64,000 bases of DNA from Callorhinchus milii (lineage: Eukaryota): positions 34,970,001-35,034,000 of the forward strand of contig NW_024704743.1 in assembly GCF_018977255.1 (NCBI RefSeq). Direction: 5' to 3'. The position numbers and the translations under genes were made by a program. Below, piece after piece: positions 52,471-64,000 of this stretch. Under the pieces are notes generated by a model. It was not told the DNA's origin and made no database searches. It worked only from the letters and a program-made list of their open reading frames with translations. Position 1 is the stretch's first letter, and every line of letters starts with the position of its first letter.

Positions 52471-53954
52471 TCAGCAATTACATTTTAACAAAATAAATTT
52501 AAAATCAAACTGATCTCTTGATGAGAATTAGTGTAAATTAGTTTGAGAATAAGGCACAAGATATGTATTGTATACATGCAAAATTATTGTTGAAAAATCT
52601 ATGAAATGATAAACCCAGTGCTTTACTGCAGTAAACAAGGCAAAGTATGCGCTCTCTGTCCTCGGGGGTGAGTGTACCACAATGAAATACAACCGAAAAT
52701 TAGTTGGTTTGGTTCAGGTTATGCTGAATGAGCTGATCCCAGCCAAGAGCAGCAATTGAGATTCTGTAATTGGCTTTTCCATCATTGGGATAGGGAGGAC
52801 ATTACTATGTGCAATTGTGCTACTGCATTTGCCGACAAATACACAGTCACTCCATTTCACAGTAATTCCTGTGAAGTGCTTTGAGACGTCCTTCCGACAT
52901 GATAATGTGCTATACTAAATGCAAGGATTATTATTATCAGCATCTTTTTGAAAACAATGAAAGCAAAATCTTTGCCTCAGAAAATGTATCATTCAGAGGA
53001 TTTTATTTTCAGTATAGAAACAGGAGTAGGTCATTCAGCCCCTCAAGCCTGTTCCACCATTCAATAATATCAAGGCTGATCTGTACCTCAAGTCCAATTT
53101 CCCACCCTTTTCTTTATACCCTGACAGATAGATACCCTGGTTGTATTAATCACGCAGTTGTCAACATGGTGGGGTGGGGGTGCGGTAAAGGAAATATTCT
53201 TGGATGAAAAAAAATCCACACTATTGTACTTATTCCATCCCTAGTGAAAGTTCCACAAAATTTTCCCTTGGCCCATAAGGCAATCAATTATAACTCAGAT
53301 ATATACTGTAGTCAAAAACCACCATCATTCAACTTTGGTTAGTTGGTTTCTACTGATGACATTATTTGCTCCTAGCAGCCCATCGTATTCCATGAAGGAT
53401 CTGATCTGTCTTGTCTTATCTTTATGACCTTCAATGGCATTCTTAGCTGACTATTTATCAAGTATTTTTAAGCAACTAATTGGTGGAGCATTATCTGCTT
53501 TTCCTGTAAATGTGTTCCAAATATCCACTCTGGGGGGAACAGGGAGAAATTTTTCTTATCTCTTGTCTCACTTGACGTTTGTTGATTTTAAACATGCTAT
53601 CACTGGTCCCACATTCACAGCCCTGTTGTACAGCTGATGCCTCTCAGCATTTTATTTGAAGATTTGGATCATGTGTTTAACCCCCTCAACCTACTCTCCA
53701 ACGTAAGCAATGTGAGCCTCACAACAGAAACTCCTGATCCCTGGCCTTTGTGCTTTTCACTCTTCTCAAAAGCCTCATCAATGAATATAGCAAAAGATCA
53801 CCCTAAACTATTGTATATGCACATCAACTCTATGTTGCTCTGAGCAATGGGAAGAAATTGGGATTTTGTGTAAATGTTTTAGAATCTTTGTTTTTAAAAC
53901 ATACGGACGCTAACAAAGACTTGTCTCCTTTTAGTATTATAGTTTCATCCAGGG

Positions 53955-56900
53955 CAATTTACATTTATATCGTGCCTTTCTTATTGGGAAGGCGTCTCAA
54001 CTAGGTACCCAAGCTAGCGATAGAAGCCAAAGGGTTAGGGAGGCAAAAATGATCAAAAATGTGGACAAAGAGGTGCATAAGAACATAAGAACATAAGAAT
54101 TAGGAGCAGGAGTAGGCCATTCGGCCCCTCGAGCCTGCCCCGCCATTCGATAAGATCATGGCTGATCTTCTGACCTAAGTCTAATTACCTGCCCTATCCC
54201 CATATCCCCTAATCCCTCTATTTTTTTAAAAAATCTATCAGTCTCAGTCTTGAAAATTTTCAAGGACTGAGCATCTACAGCCTTTTGGGGTAGTGAATTC
54301 CATAAATTCACTGCCCTCTGAGTGAAGAAATGTTTCCTCAATTCTGTTCTTAAAGGCTGACCCTTAATTTTAAGACTGTGATCCCTGGTTATAGATTCTC
54401 CTACCAGAGGAAACAGACCCTCGGTGTCTACTTTATCCAGCCCTTTAAGAATCTTATATGTTTCAATAGGGTCTCCCCTAATTCTTCTGTACTCGAGAAT
54501 ACAGCCCTAGTTTATTCAGCCTATCCTCATAGGACAATCCCCTCATCCCAGGAACTAACCTAGTGAATCTACGCTGCACCCCCTCTAAGGCAAGTATGTC
54601 CTTTTTAAATAAGGAGACCAAAACTGCACACAATACTCTAGGTGCGGTCTCACCAAGGCCCTATACTGTTGCAGCAAGACTTCCCTACTCTTGTACTCTA
54701 AACCTTTTGCAATGAACGCTAACATGCCGTTCGACTTCTTAGTTGCTTGCTGCACCTGCAAACTAACTTTTTGAGACTGGTATACAAGGACACCCAAATC
54801 CCTATGAACACTAACACGATCTAATCTCTCCCCCTCTAGAAAATAATCTGTTTTTCTATTTTTGCTACCTAAGTGAATAACTTCACACTTCCCCACATTA
54901 AATTCCATCTGCCACCTACTCGCCCACTCCCCTAGCCTATCTATACCCTGTTGCAATCTTTTTGCATCATCCTCAGAGCTTACTCTCCCACCTAGTTTAG
55001 TGTCATCTGCGAATTTAGATACGTTACATTCAATGTCCTTGTCTAGATCATTACTGTAAATTGTAAATAGCTGAGGCCCAAGCACTGATCCTTGCGGCAC
55101 TCCACTCGTCACATCCTTCCAATTCAAGAATGACCCGTTTATCCCTACTCTTTGTTTTCTACCCTTTAGCCACTCTTCAATCCATGCTAATATGTTCCCA
55201 TTAATCCCGTGGGCCTTAACCTTGTGCAATAGCCTTTTGTGTGGCACTTTGTCAAATGCCTTCTTAAAATCTAAATGTACTATATCTACTGGTTCCCCCC
55301 TATCTAACCTGCTGGATACATCTTCAAAAAACTCTAAAAGATTAGTTAAGCATGACTTCCCTTTTGTAAAGCCATGTTGACTCTGCCTAATCTTGTTATG
55401 GTCTTCCAGGAATCCCATAATGACATCCTTAATTAAGGACTCAAGAATTTTCCCAACCACTGATGTCAGACTAACTGGTCTATAGTTCCCCATCTTTTCT
55501 CTCCCACCCTTCTTCAATAGTGGTGTTATGTTTGCAATCTTCCAATCAATGGGAACCGTTCCAGAATCCAGAGAATTTTGGAAGATCAGTAGCCACCTCT
55601 TTTAAAACCGTAGGATACAGGCCGTCAGGTCCAGGGGATTTATCAGTTTTTAAGACCCGACAATTTACCTAAAACCATTTCTTTACTAATATTAATTCCT
55701 CCAAGTTGCTCGCTAACATTCTCTTCTTGGTTCCCCTCTATTCTTGGTAGGTTTTCAGTGTCTTCTAAGGTGAAGACAGTAGCAAAGTACTTGTTTAATG
55801 ACTCTGCCATGTCTTTGTCCCCTACCATAATTCCCCCCGTCTCTGCTTCTAACGGACCCACATTTACCTTTGACAGCCTCTTCCTCTTTATATATTTGTA
55901 AAAACTCTTGCAGTCTGTCTTTATGTTCTTCGCTAGTTTGCCCTCATATTCCATTTTCTACCCTCTTAATCACTTTTTTGGTTCTCCTTTGTTGATCCCT
56001 AAAGTTCTCCCAATCCTCGGGTTTACTGCTCATCTTAGCTGTTTTATAGGCTTCTTCCTTTAACTATACTTTCCCTAACTGTTCTAGTTAGCCACTGTTG
56101 GGCCACCTTTCCCATGGCATTCTTATTCCTCAAAGGAATACGTGCTCGCTAGGAATTTTGCAGATACTATCTCCTTAAATGTCTGTCATTGCTATTGCTG
56201 GTCTACTGTCAAATCCTTCAGTCTAATTTCCTAGTTTATTTTGGCTAAATCCTCTCTCATACCAGCAAAGTTGGCTCTACTTAAATTTAAGACCTTTGCT
56301 TCGGACTTAACTACTTCTCTCTCTAACTTAATGCTAAATTCCATCTTATTATGATCACTTTGCCCTAGAGGAGCCTTAAATTCCAGTTTGCTGATCAGCC
56401 CTGCTTCATTACACAAAACAAGGTCTAATATGGCCTATTCCCTGGTTGGTCCCTACTAATCCAGATAATTATCCCTAATACATTCTATAAACTCTTCCTC
56501 TATCTTACTTTTCCCAATTTGGTTGTCCCAATCTATATGCAGATTAAAATCACCCACAATTAATGTTTTTCCTTTGCTACATGCTTCACTAATTTCCCGA
56601 TTAAGCTGCATCTTGAAACTGGCCTTGAATGAGGGAAGAGAGGGAACGAGTTGGAGGGACTCCAGGACGGAGTTCCAGAGAGTGAGGGCAGTATTGCTGA
56701 AAGCCGCGGATGGTGGGGTAGATGGGACATGAAGCAGTCCATTGGTCGCTAAGCAAAGGGAGCGGCCAGGTTGGTATGGCTGAAGGAGGTCCTAGAGGTA
56801 GGGTGGGGTGAGATTATGGAGATTTGAAGCTGAGAATTAAGATCTTGCACTGCATCCGCTGAGCGATTGGGAGCCAGTGGAGCCCCACAAACATAGGAGT

Positions 56901-57050
56901 TATAGGCTCGCAGAGTCTGGTGCGGGAGAGGACATGGGCTGCAGAGTTCTGGATGTGTAGGGAAGAGCTAGAAAATAAGGTTTTAGTGCAGTCAAGCCTG
57001 GACGTGATAAGTGTGTGTAGGATCTCAGTGACCTGAGGGTAGAGATAGTG
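53955..57050 (-). mobile_element. Old L2 3' portion split by the CR1 insertion (L2 parts ~53955-54078 and ~56607-57050)
   Basis: L2 tail lies left of the CR1. ILHTLITSRLD, IQNSAAHVLSRT and GLHWLPI lie right of it. The sequences join at gaggTGCATcttgaaactggccttg. Confidence 0.8.
54076..56606 (-). mobile_element. CR1-clade LINE (shark HER1-like), 5'-truncated within the endonuclease
   Basis: 310-aa ORF with [56 protein letters not shown] and VRPHLEYCVQFWSP. Upstream frames give GDFNL and GQSDHN. 3' tail is (TTCTTATG)n at 54076-54099. Confidence 0.95.
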
Positions 57051-57357
57051 CCACTTTAGTGCAGTAAAAATGAAATCCATTGGAGAACTAGATTTTCAGC
57101 TATTGTGTGAGTCAGGCAAGATTCTTCGCATTCTGCTTCTATTAACCTGCCAAGCCAAAACCCTAATTTTGCTCCTCCTAATTGGATAAGCAGCAGGAAG
57201 CTTGCCAGAAAGTGCTTTCGATGGCAAGCTGTGCAGTTTTAGCTAGTTAAATTCCAGCAGTACCCCAACACACACTCTAGGATCTCCAAGTCTTGGCTCT
57301 TGCCAGCCTGTGCCTAATGCTCCGGATTAAGGTAAACAGGATGCGTTTCTCCAGGGA

Positions 57358-57669
57358 GGGGAGTCCTGTAGCTCAGTGGTTAGAGGACTCGCTTTGCAAG
57401 TGAGAGACCTGAGTTCAATTCCAGGCAGGGCGAAACCTTGGGCAAGTTTCCTTACTCCACACACCTAATAATAATCCCTCCAAAACCAAAAACAATAATA
57501 AATTGGTCATTTTCAATCTACGACTGTGGGACATTGCTGTGCGCAATTGGCTGCCGCGTTCACCCACAAATATACAGTCAATTCACTTTACAGTGTGTTC
57601 TGTGAAGCGCTTTGGGACGTCCTCCCGACATGAAAGCGCTATATCAAATACAAGGATTATTATTATTAC
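57358..57669 (+). mobile_element. Family B SINE, short subtype
   Basis: Nearly identical to 38216-38537; tail gggacgtcctcccgacatgaaagcgct. Confidence 0.9.
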
Positions 57670-59890
57670 ATTCCAACAAATATCTCAGAAATTTCTAACT
57701 ACAGGTGAGATGCATGGAACTCTATTTGGTTTGTATATTCTTAAGCACGGCGATTGTCAAACACTTAGCTGGCCAAAAGGATTGCAGTAATAAACTTGTG
57801 TTCTCTTGATTCTGCTGCCTTGGCGTATCTGACAGTATTGTTCTGTTTTTACTTTTTTGTCCTATTAACCATCTAGAAGGGAGTTCTCACCAACAATCCC
57901 CCGAATAAAATTGGTCATTCACTTCATGGATGTTTGCCACATTTGCCTACAAAAATAGTCACTATACATCGTAAAATCCTGGAAAGGGCTTTAAGACTTC
58001 TCAATGAACAATAGGTGCTATATCAAATGCAAGGATTATTTATCTCGGACATCTTTTCAAGGCTGAAGAGCCTAGCTCATTTAATTATTCCTCATAGCAT
58101 TTCTAGTCTTCTTGTATGAGCCTTGTAGGACTTGTATCTGGATCATTGGATTGTGAGTTCAAGTGCCACTTCAGGACTTCAGCTCATAGTCTTAGCTGAA
58201 AATCCAGTGCAATACGATGGGAGTGCTGCATTATTGGAGGTGCTATCATTTGGATGAAATATTAACTAAGGACCTATAATAATAACAATAATCCTTGTAT
58301 TTAATATAGTGCCTTATCAGGTCTTCGAGAAGTCTTAAAGTGCTTCACAGAATATACTGTAAGGTGAATTGATTGTATATTTTGCAAATGGCTGCTACAT
58401 CTGTGTTTTTGAAGTGTTGACAAGTTTCAATATAGTTTAAGTGCAGTAAAAATGCAAATTCTGTCTCTATAGCTCATTCCTTTAACACTAGGAATTAACC
58501 TGGAAAACCAACTTAGGTTTGTGTCCCTGATCACTATCCAGGTACGTCTGTTGAAAAGTGTGGGTATGTAGTCATCTTTTGAGAACCAGATCAGGTTTGA
58601 TTGTGACGTGTCCTGCATGATACTTCAATGACTAGGTTCACTCTTGAATAATCGCAACACGAGCAGAATATCGTCCAGAGTGCAGTGAGTGAAGCCTACC
58701 ACAATAGAAGGGATTTTTTAATATTTTTTTTCTCACAAAATACCTGGAAAATCCACTTTGCAATATATTCCGTGAAGCGCTTTGAGACATCTCAATAACG
58801 TGATAAAGCAAGAATTATATTAAAAAAGGAATTAAGATGGGGACAAAGAATTGTTGGAGAAACTGCTTTAAATTAACATGTGAAATATTATACACAATAC
58901 TTTTCAAATAATTTGTAAATTATTTTTAGCTGTTTTAGTTGGAAATATTTTGATGGTAATTGCGTTGTGGTTTAGTTATAATTCCTTTCCTGGTCTAATT
59001 TGTTCTGTATAGCATTGTGTAATTGTATATGCACTCTGACAAAGTCGTTGCTATTACTTGCTATTATTTCAGGCTTACTCCTTGTTGAAAAGTACTCCTC
59101 TTGATTTGCCAGTCAGGTGACCAATTTGATTTTAATTGTAGTATCTGCAAACCCACACAATTTAATGTTAATTTAGTCAACGGAATTTCTTGCATTCACT
59201 CTATAAGCACCACGATAAACTTGTGAAAGTGACGCTCAGTATCTTAATTTGTTTTTCGCAGATGCTAGTTTCTCCAATGAGGGATTAATTCAGTAAACAA
59301 ATACATGAATAGCTTTTCACAAGCAAAGATTGCTTCAATGTCAGTGAATACATTACCTCTGAAGTGCCTCTAGGTCTGAATAAACCTGTTTTGGTTGATT
59401 CATTTCTTCTAATTGATGTGATGTTATACAATTTAGTTACATATTTAATGACTATCTGGAGTTTTTGTATATGTGAAAAATGCATCAGTCTATCTGTGAC
59501 TGTCCTAAAATCTTTTTCAGGAAGGTTCCTTTGTTCAGGTGGAAGTACAGTATTTCTGTTCTTAATTCCAAATATATGTGTTTGGTCAGTCTGTCATTGA
59601 TGTCTAATAATATTTATGGGTTGAAATGCAATGATTCACATAGATTTAGTGGGCAAATATATTGTTGCGGACTTGCAGGTGCTTTGCAGTAGTAAATAGT
59701 GCTATTTGTGTGCATATGCTTTTATGTCAAATTGCTGTATCAGATTTCAAATTACTTGCAAACCAATTGATAATCCTATTGTGGTTGTGAAAATGACTAA
59801 ACAAAATCATAACACAACTCCAGATCTTACCATTAACAAGAGTAACTCCTTTAAGACCAGCAGAAGAGTGTTAAACCTCACTATATAGTA

Positions 59891-59946
59891 CCTAACTAAC
59901 CCACAGCAAGTTCTGTCACTGATTCCTTTGTTTCCTGATTTAATAG
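59891..59946 (+). promoter_or_regulatory. 3' splice-site region of the CDYL exon (branch-point candidates, pyrimidine tract, AG)
   Basis: cctaactaac at 59891-59900, cactgat near 59917, then ttcctttgtttcctg and TAG at 59944-59946. Confidence 0.7.
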
Positions 59947-60607
59947 GTAGAGAAAATTGTGGCCAAGAGGAAAAATAAAAAAGGGCGAACAGAGTATTTG
60001 GTGCGGTGGAAAGGTTATGACAGTGACGATGACACATGGGAACCAGAACATCATCTGGTGAACTGTGAGGAGTATATTCTGGAGTTTAACAGACAGCACA
60101 GTGATAAGCAGAAAGACGGTCCTTTTTCCAGAGCAAGCAAACACAGTCTGAACAATGCTCGAAAACAGATTTCCAGGTCAACCAACAGCTCTCTGTCAAA
60201 GTCTGCTCCAAAATCATCAGGAGTTGGTAAAGATAATGACTCAAAAAACAGCAGTCAATTCTTGTCAAGTCACCAGAAATACCGAAAAAGCAGCTCACAG
60301 GCTTTCTCCAGTAGGAAGACAATGGACCTTTCTAAATCTGGCATCAAAATCTTAGTTCCGCGAAGCCCTCTAAAGAATAGGATAATTGATGGTTTTCAGG
60401 ATACCTCATCAGACAGATTAGAGCAAATGGCACAGAATCCAGACTCTGTAGCACCAGAACTGACTATTGAAAAGCCAGTTGGGGCTTTGCTTAGCCCTGG
60501 AAGTGAAAGAGCCAGGATGGGGACCAGGCCAAGGACGCAATCCTTATCACCACAGATGCAACTGCCAGTGACCGCAGCCACAGCTTCAGCGTTATTTAAT
60601 GGCAAAG
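59947..60607 (+). CDS. CDYL: CDYL (chromodomain Y-like) internal coding exon: chromodomain plus linker, 661 bp, phase 0 to phase 1
   Basis: Translates VEKIVAKRKNKKGRTEYLVRWKGYDSDDDTWEPEHHLVNCEEYILEFNRQH...NNARKQISRSTNS...MDLSKSGIKILVPRSP...ERARMG...NGK, matching vertebrate CDYL rather than CDYL2. Acceptor is ttcctgatttaatag|GTA (ends 59946) and donor is AAAG|gtaagt (60608). The ORF-track start at 59959 and read-through to 60657 ignore splicing. Confidence 0.96.
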
Positions 60608-62489
60608 GTAAGTGTGGATTGTGTTGCGATACTGTTTTCCTTGTAATAATACCATAATTAGCTGTTGAAAAATTGTTACCACAGCTGTGTAATTTATAGA
60701 TTTCTTTTCATAGCCTTGAGATTTCACTATACAGCTCTCCAAAGTGATTGTCTCCTATTCCAGAAACAAAACAAGCTGCAGTTTGTGCTTCTTCCCCCTT
60801 CATTTGCCAAAATGATGGGAGTTCACAATCCACTATGGATGAAGATGCAAAGCAAAATAAACCTGGCTTCTTGTACACCAATACAAAAACTTCTGACCAC
60901 AGAACAAGCTTACATTTTTTATGACTTTCTTCTGACTTTATTTACCCTATTCACAGGCTAATGTATCTCAACTTTTTTAGCTTTCACACAAGTAGGCTTC
61001 TATCTTGGTCCATATTGGCCAGTACAAGTATTCTCCTCCTCCCTACTTCTGATATTCCAATATGTACATATTGTTTAACAATATATAATTTACTTGACCA
61101 GAAGAGTACAGAGAGAAGGCAGTTCACTATATCTTTTTAAATGAAATCTTAAAAGAACTTTCTTGTCCTTCATAATATTTAATATTTAGTACACTGCACC
61201 TTGCAAAGCACTCAAGGTTGCTAGAAGTAGTGTCAAGTTAGCCTATTGTGCTTGACCTTATAGTTCAGTTGTCAAGGAAATTACTAATGTAGATTAAAGG
61301 GTAGTAGGATCCGAGACTGCTACTCAAAATCAAGATTATTGCTTTATTGTTACATATTTATTTTAAAAATTGTATACTCTTAGTGACAGAAATTGCATTG
61401 CTAACTTAGATTCTTCAATAATGAACTCCTTTAACTATAAGCAATACTTGACTACTTAGTCTGATTAATGGATAATTTGAACATGTTTTTCCATGTTTGA
61501 TAGATTATGCATTAAAACAGTATTTATGCAGAATGTTTTCTACGATGTGTTATGATATACTATTAACTACAATTCAATTTTGTGGTGTTTCCACTCTAAC
61601 TATGCTGTTGACTGTATATTCATCAGTAAGTTATTTCAAATAGAAAGGACTAGGACCATTGTGTAATGCTGACATTATTTATGCAAACTACACATCTGAT
61701 AAGCTAGTAATCTTGTATATTTTACTGCCCTGAGAACCGTGTTTTACCATGCTTTTTTTTCACTGTCGTGGTCCCCCATTCCCATAAGAGAGAGCTTCGT
61801 GCCTGAACGTTTCGTCTGCTGTTTCACCTTTTCTTAAGTATGTATCCCCCACAGTGCTGATTGATGCACTTTGTGTAGCTGATGGTGCCCAACATACAAG
61901 TCCTTTCACATGTACTTACAATTATAGATTTTTTTAAAAATGTGGGTGGTACAGGAGTGTGAAACAAAATCCTATTTTGTTTTCTCTGAGATCGGTGCCT
62001 TTATATCTAACCTACACAATAGAGACGCTTGACTAAGATCAGAGCAAAATGATTGGGGAGGGAATCCTTATGGCACATCAGACTCGAGCAAGACCTTTTC
62101 GAGCCTTCAAAAAAACATGGATGTATAAAGAACTTGAACTAAGTATGAAGTCCAATTAAATATAACCCAAAAAATGGCATATGAGAGCCAAAGTGGAGTA
62201 CGAGACTGAAGTAATGAAAAGCAGCAAGGAGAACTCTGAAACCATCTTTGGTATGCTAATTGCATGGGCACTGCAACGGATAGAACAGGATATATACCAA
62301 CCTGAGCTAACTAAGACTGACCTACTCAGTGCCTGCCTTTCCTCAATATTCTTTGCAACAGAGGATTACTCGAGGCAACTAGAAGTATGAAAAGCCTGAC
62401 CTTTGGCTGTATTGCAGATCTGGATAGAATTATGGGCTCCACGGCGTTGATGCCCTTGAGTCCGATGGCACCCACCCGAATCGATTCTT

Positions 62490-62560
62490 CTGTTCTGATG
62501 AAGGGTCGTGGACCTGAAACGTTGATTCACTTTCCTTTCTCATAGATGCTGCCTGATTTT
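62490..62560 (+). mobile_element. Penelope-type repeat fragment with a minimal hammerhead ribozyme core
   Basis: CTGATGA-A-GGGTC-gtg-GACCT-GAAAC-GTT at 62495-62523, followed by tttcctttctcatagatgctgcctga. Confidence 0.6.
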
Positions 62561-62844
62561 GTTTTCCTTTTCCTGTGACAAGCCAAGATCCATTTTTTTC
62601 AAAAATGCACAACTTTGGGTAATATTGCCTTTGGAAGTTTTCTTTTAAAGTGAAAATACATAACAAAATTGAAAAGATTTAAAATCTTATTAAATTCAAT
62701 TTAAAAGAAAGTAACAATAAAAGTAATGGAGAAATCTGCCAGACTATTTTTGAATTGAAAATAATTAGACTGGGAAGACAGCAAATTTAACATGCGAAAA
62801 TGAAGAGTTAAACAAAAGTTAATTTGAGTATCTTGCAAGTTTTA

Positions 62845-64000
62845 TAACAACAAAATTACATTTGTATACACCTTTCACGTCAGGAGGATGTCCCAAGGCA
62901 CTGGACAATCAGAGTTTCGGACCCGAGCTGGGGGTCAGGATTGGGGAGGGTGGAGGGCAGGGGGAAGCAGAGTGATCGAAAACACGGTTGAAGAGGAAGG
63001 TCTTGAGATGGGTCTTGAAGGAGGCAAGGGTGGGGGCGAGGCGGAGGGACTGCGGGATGGAGTTCCAGAGGGTGGGGGCAGAGTGTCAGAAGGTCCGCCC
63101 GCCAATGGTGGGATGGGCGAGGCGGGGACCTGAAGCAGGCTGGAGCCTGCCGAACGGAGGGAGCACGCAGGTTGGTGAGGGCTTAGGAGGTCACAGAGGT
63201 AGTGGGGAGCAAGGCCATGAAGGGCTTTGAAGGTGAGGCCCAGGATCTTGAACTGTATCCTTTGTGTGATGGGAAGCCAGTGGAGTCGAGCGAGGATGGG
63301 GGTGATAGGGTCATGGAGCCTAGTGCGGGAGAGGACACGGGCTGCAGAGTTCTGGATGATCTGCAGCCTATGGAGGGAGGAGTTGGGGAGGGCGACAAGC
63401 AGGGAGTTTGCATAGTCAAGCCTCGATGTTATGAAAGTGTGTATGAGGGTTTCGGTGGCCTGTGGTGTGAGACAGTGGCGGAGCCGGGCAATGTTGCGGC
63501 TGTGGGGGAAGGCAGAGCGGACCATGGCACAGATGTGAGGTAGAAAGGATAGTTGAGGGTCAAACAAGACGCCAAGGTTCCAGACTGACTCAGTGAGGTG
63601 GACTGTGCATCCTTAGATGGTGATGCTGTCAGTGCCTGAGGTGTCAATACGCTGACGGGAGCCAATCAGGAGAGCCTCAGTCTTGTTGACATTCAACTGA
63701 AGAAAGTTAGCTCTCATCCAGGACTTGATGTCTGACAGACATTCTGCCAGAACAGCAGTGGTCCTGCAGTCAAGGGTGGAGGTAGAGAGGTAGAGTTGGG
63801 TGTCATCTGCATACATGTGGAAGTTGACCCCATATCTGCGGATGATGTCACCAAGACAGAGCATATAGATGTTGAAGAGGGGACCGAGGACAGAGCCCTG
63901 AGGAACACCGCACAAGACAGTGTGGTGGTTAGAGGAGATACCGTTTGTGGAGATGAAGTGGAGGCAGTCGGTGTGAGAGGTACGATCTGAACCATTCAAG
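62845..64000 (-). mobile_element. L2 LINE 3' part (lineage I-related), runs off window end
   Basis: ORFs with [35 protein letters not shown] and RLHWLPI; tail near 62845-62900. Confidence 0.93.

Larger units (their letters stand above)
1..59946 (+). other. CDYL: Large CDYL intron upstream of the chromodomain exon (5' boundary outside window)
   Basis: No upstream coding exon (expected MASEELYE-like, phase 0 donor) and no CpG-island promoter seen. Small non-coding or alternative exons cannot be excluded. Confidence 0.65.

Noticed and set aside
60608..60657. C-terminal CGLCCDTVFLVIIP of the ORF-track protein
   Set aside because: Intronic read-through past the GTAAGT donor
61795..61840. Second hammerhead-like motif (GAAACGTT on minus strand)
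   Set aside because: No CUGANGA core and no stem II; too degenerate to call

Overview
Eukaryotic (vertebrate) genomic DNA, most likely a cartilaginous fish judging by its CR1/HER1-type tails, Deu-type SINEs and Penelope-type hammerhead repeat. The only host coding sequence is one 661-bp + strand exon (59947-60607) of the chromodomain gene CDYL. The preceding ~60 kb appears to be a single large intron filled with retroelements: at least two GC-rich L2 LINE lineages (one young copy with an uninterrupted 569-codon frame, one near-full-length APE+RT copy), CR1 LINEs, three tRNA-derived SINE families (two sharing the L2 3' stem-loop tail), a candidate LTR with a G-rich minisatellite, a hAT MITE and a degenerate hammerhead. 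I found no prokaryote-type system (CRISPR, operon, etc.). The leads most worth testing are L2 inverted repeats bracketing the exon whose human orthologue forms circCDYL, a compact antisense Pol II promoter cassette ahead of the long L2, a covarying LINE/SINE tail hairpin, and a chimeric SINE family. Repeat boundaries were judged by eye and are approximate. Family names come from recalled consensus features, not from database searches.
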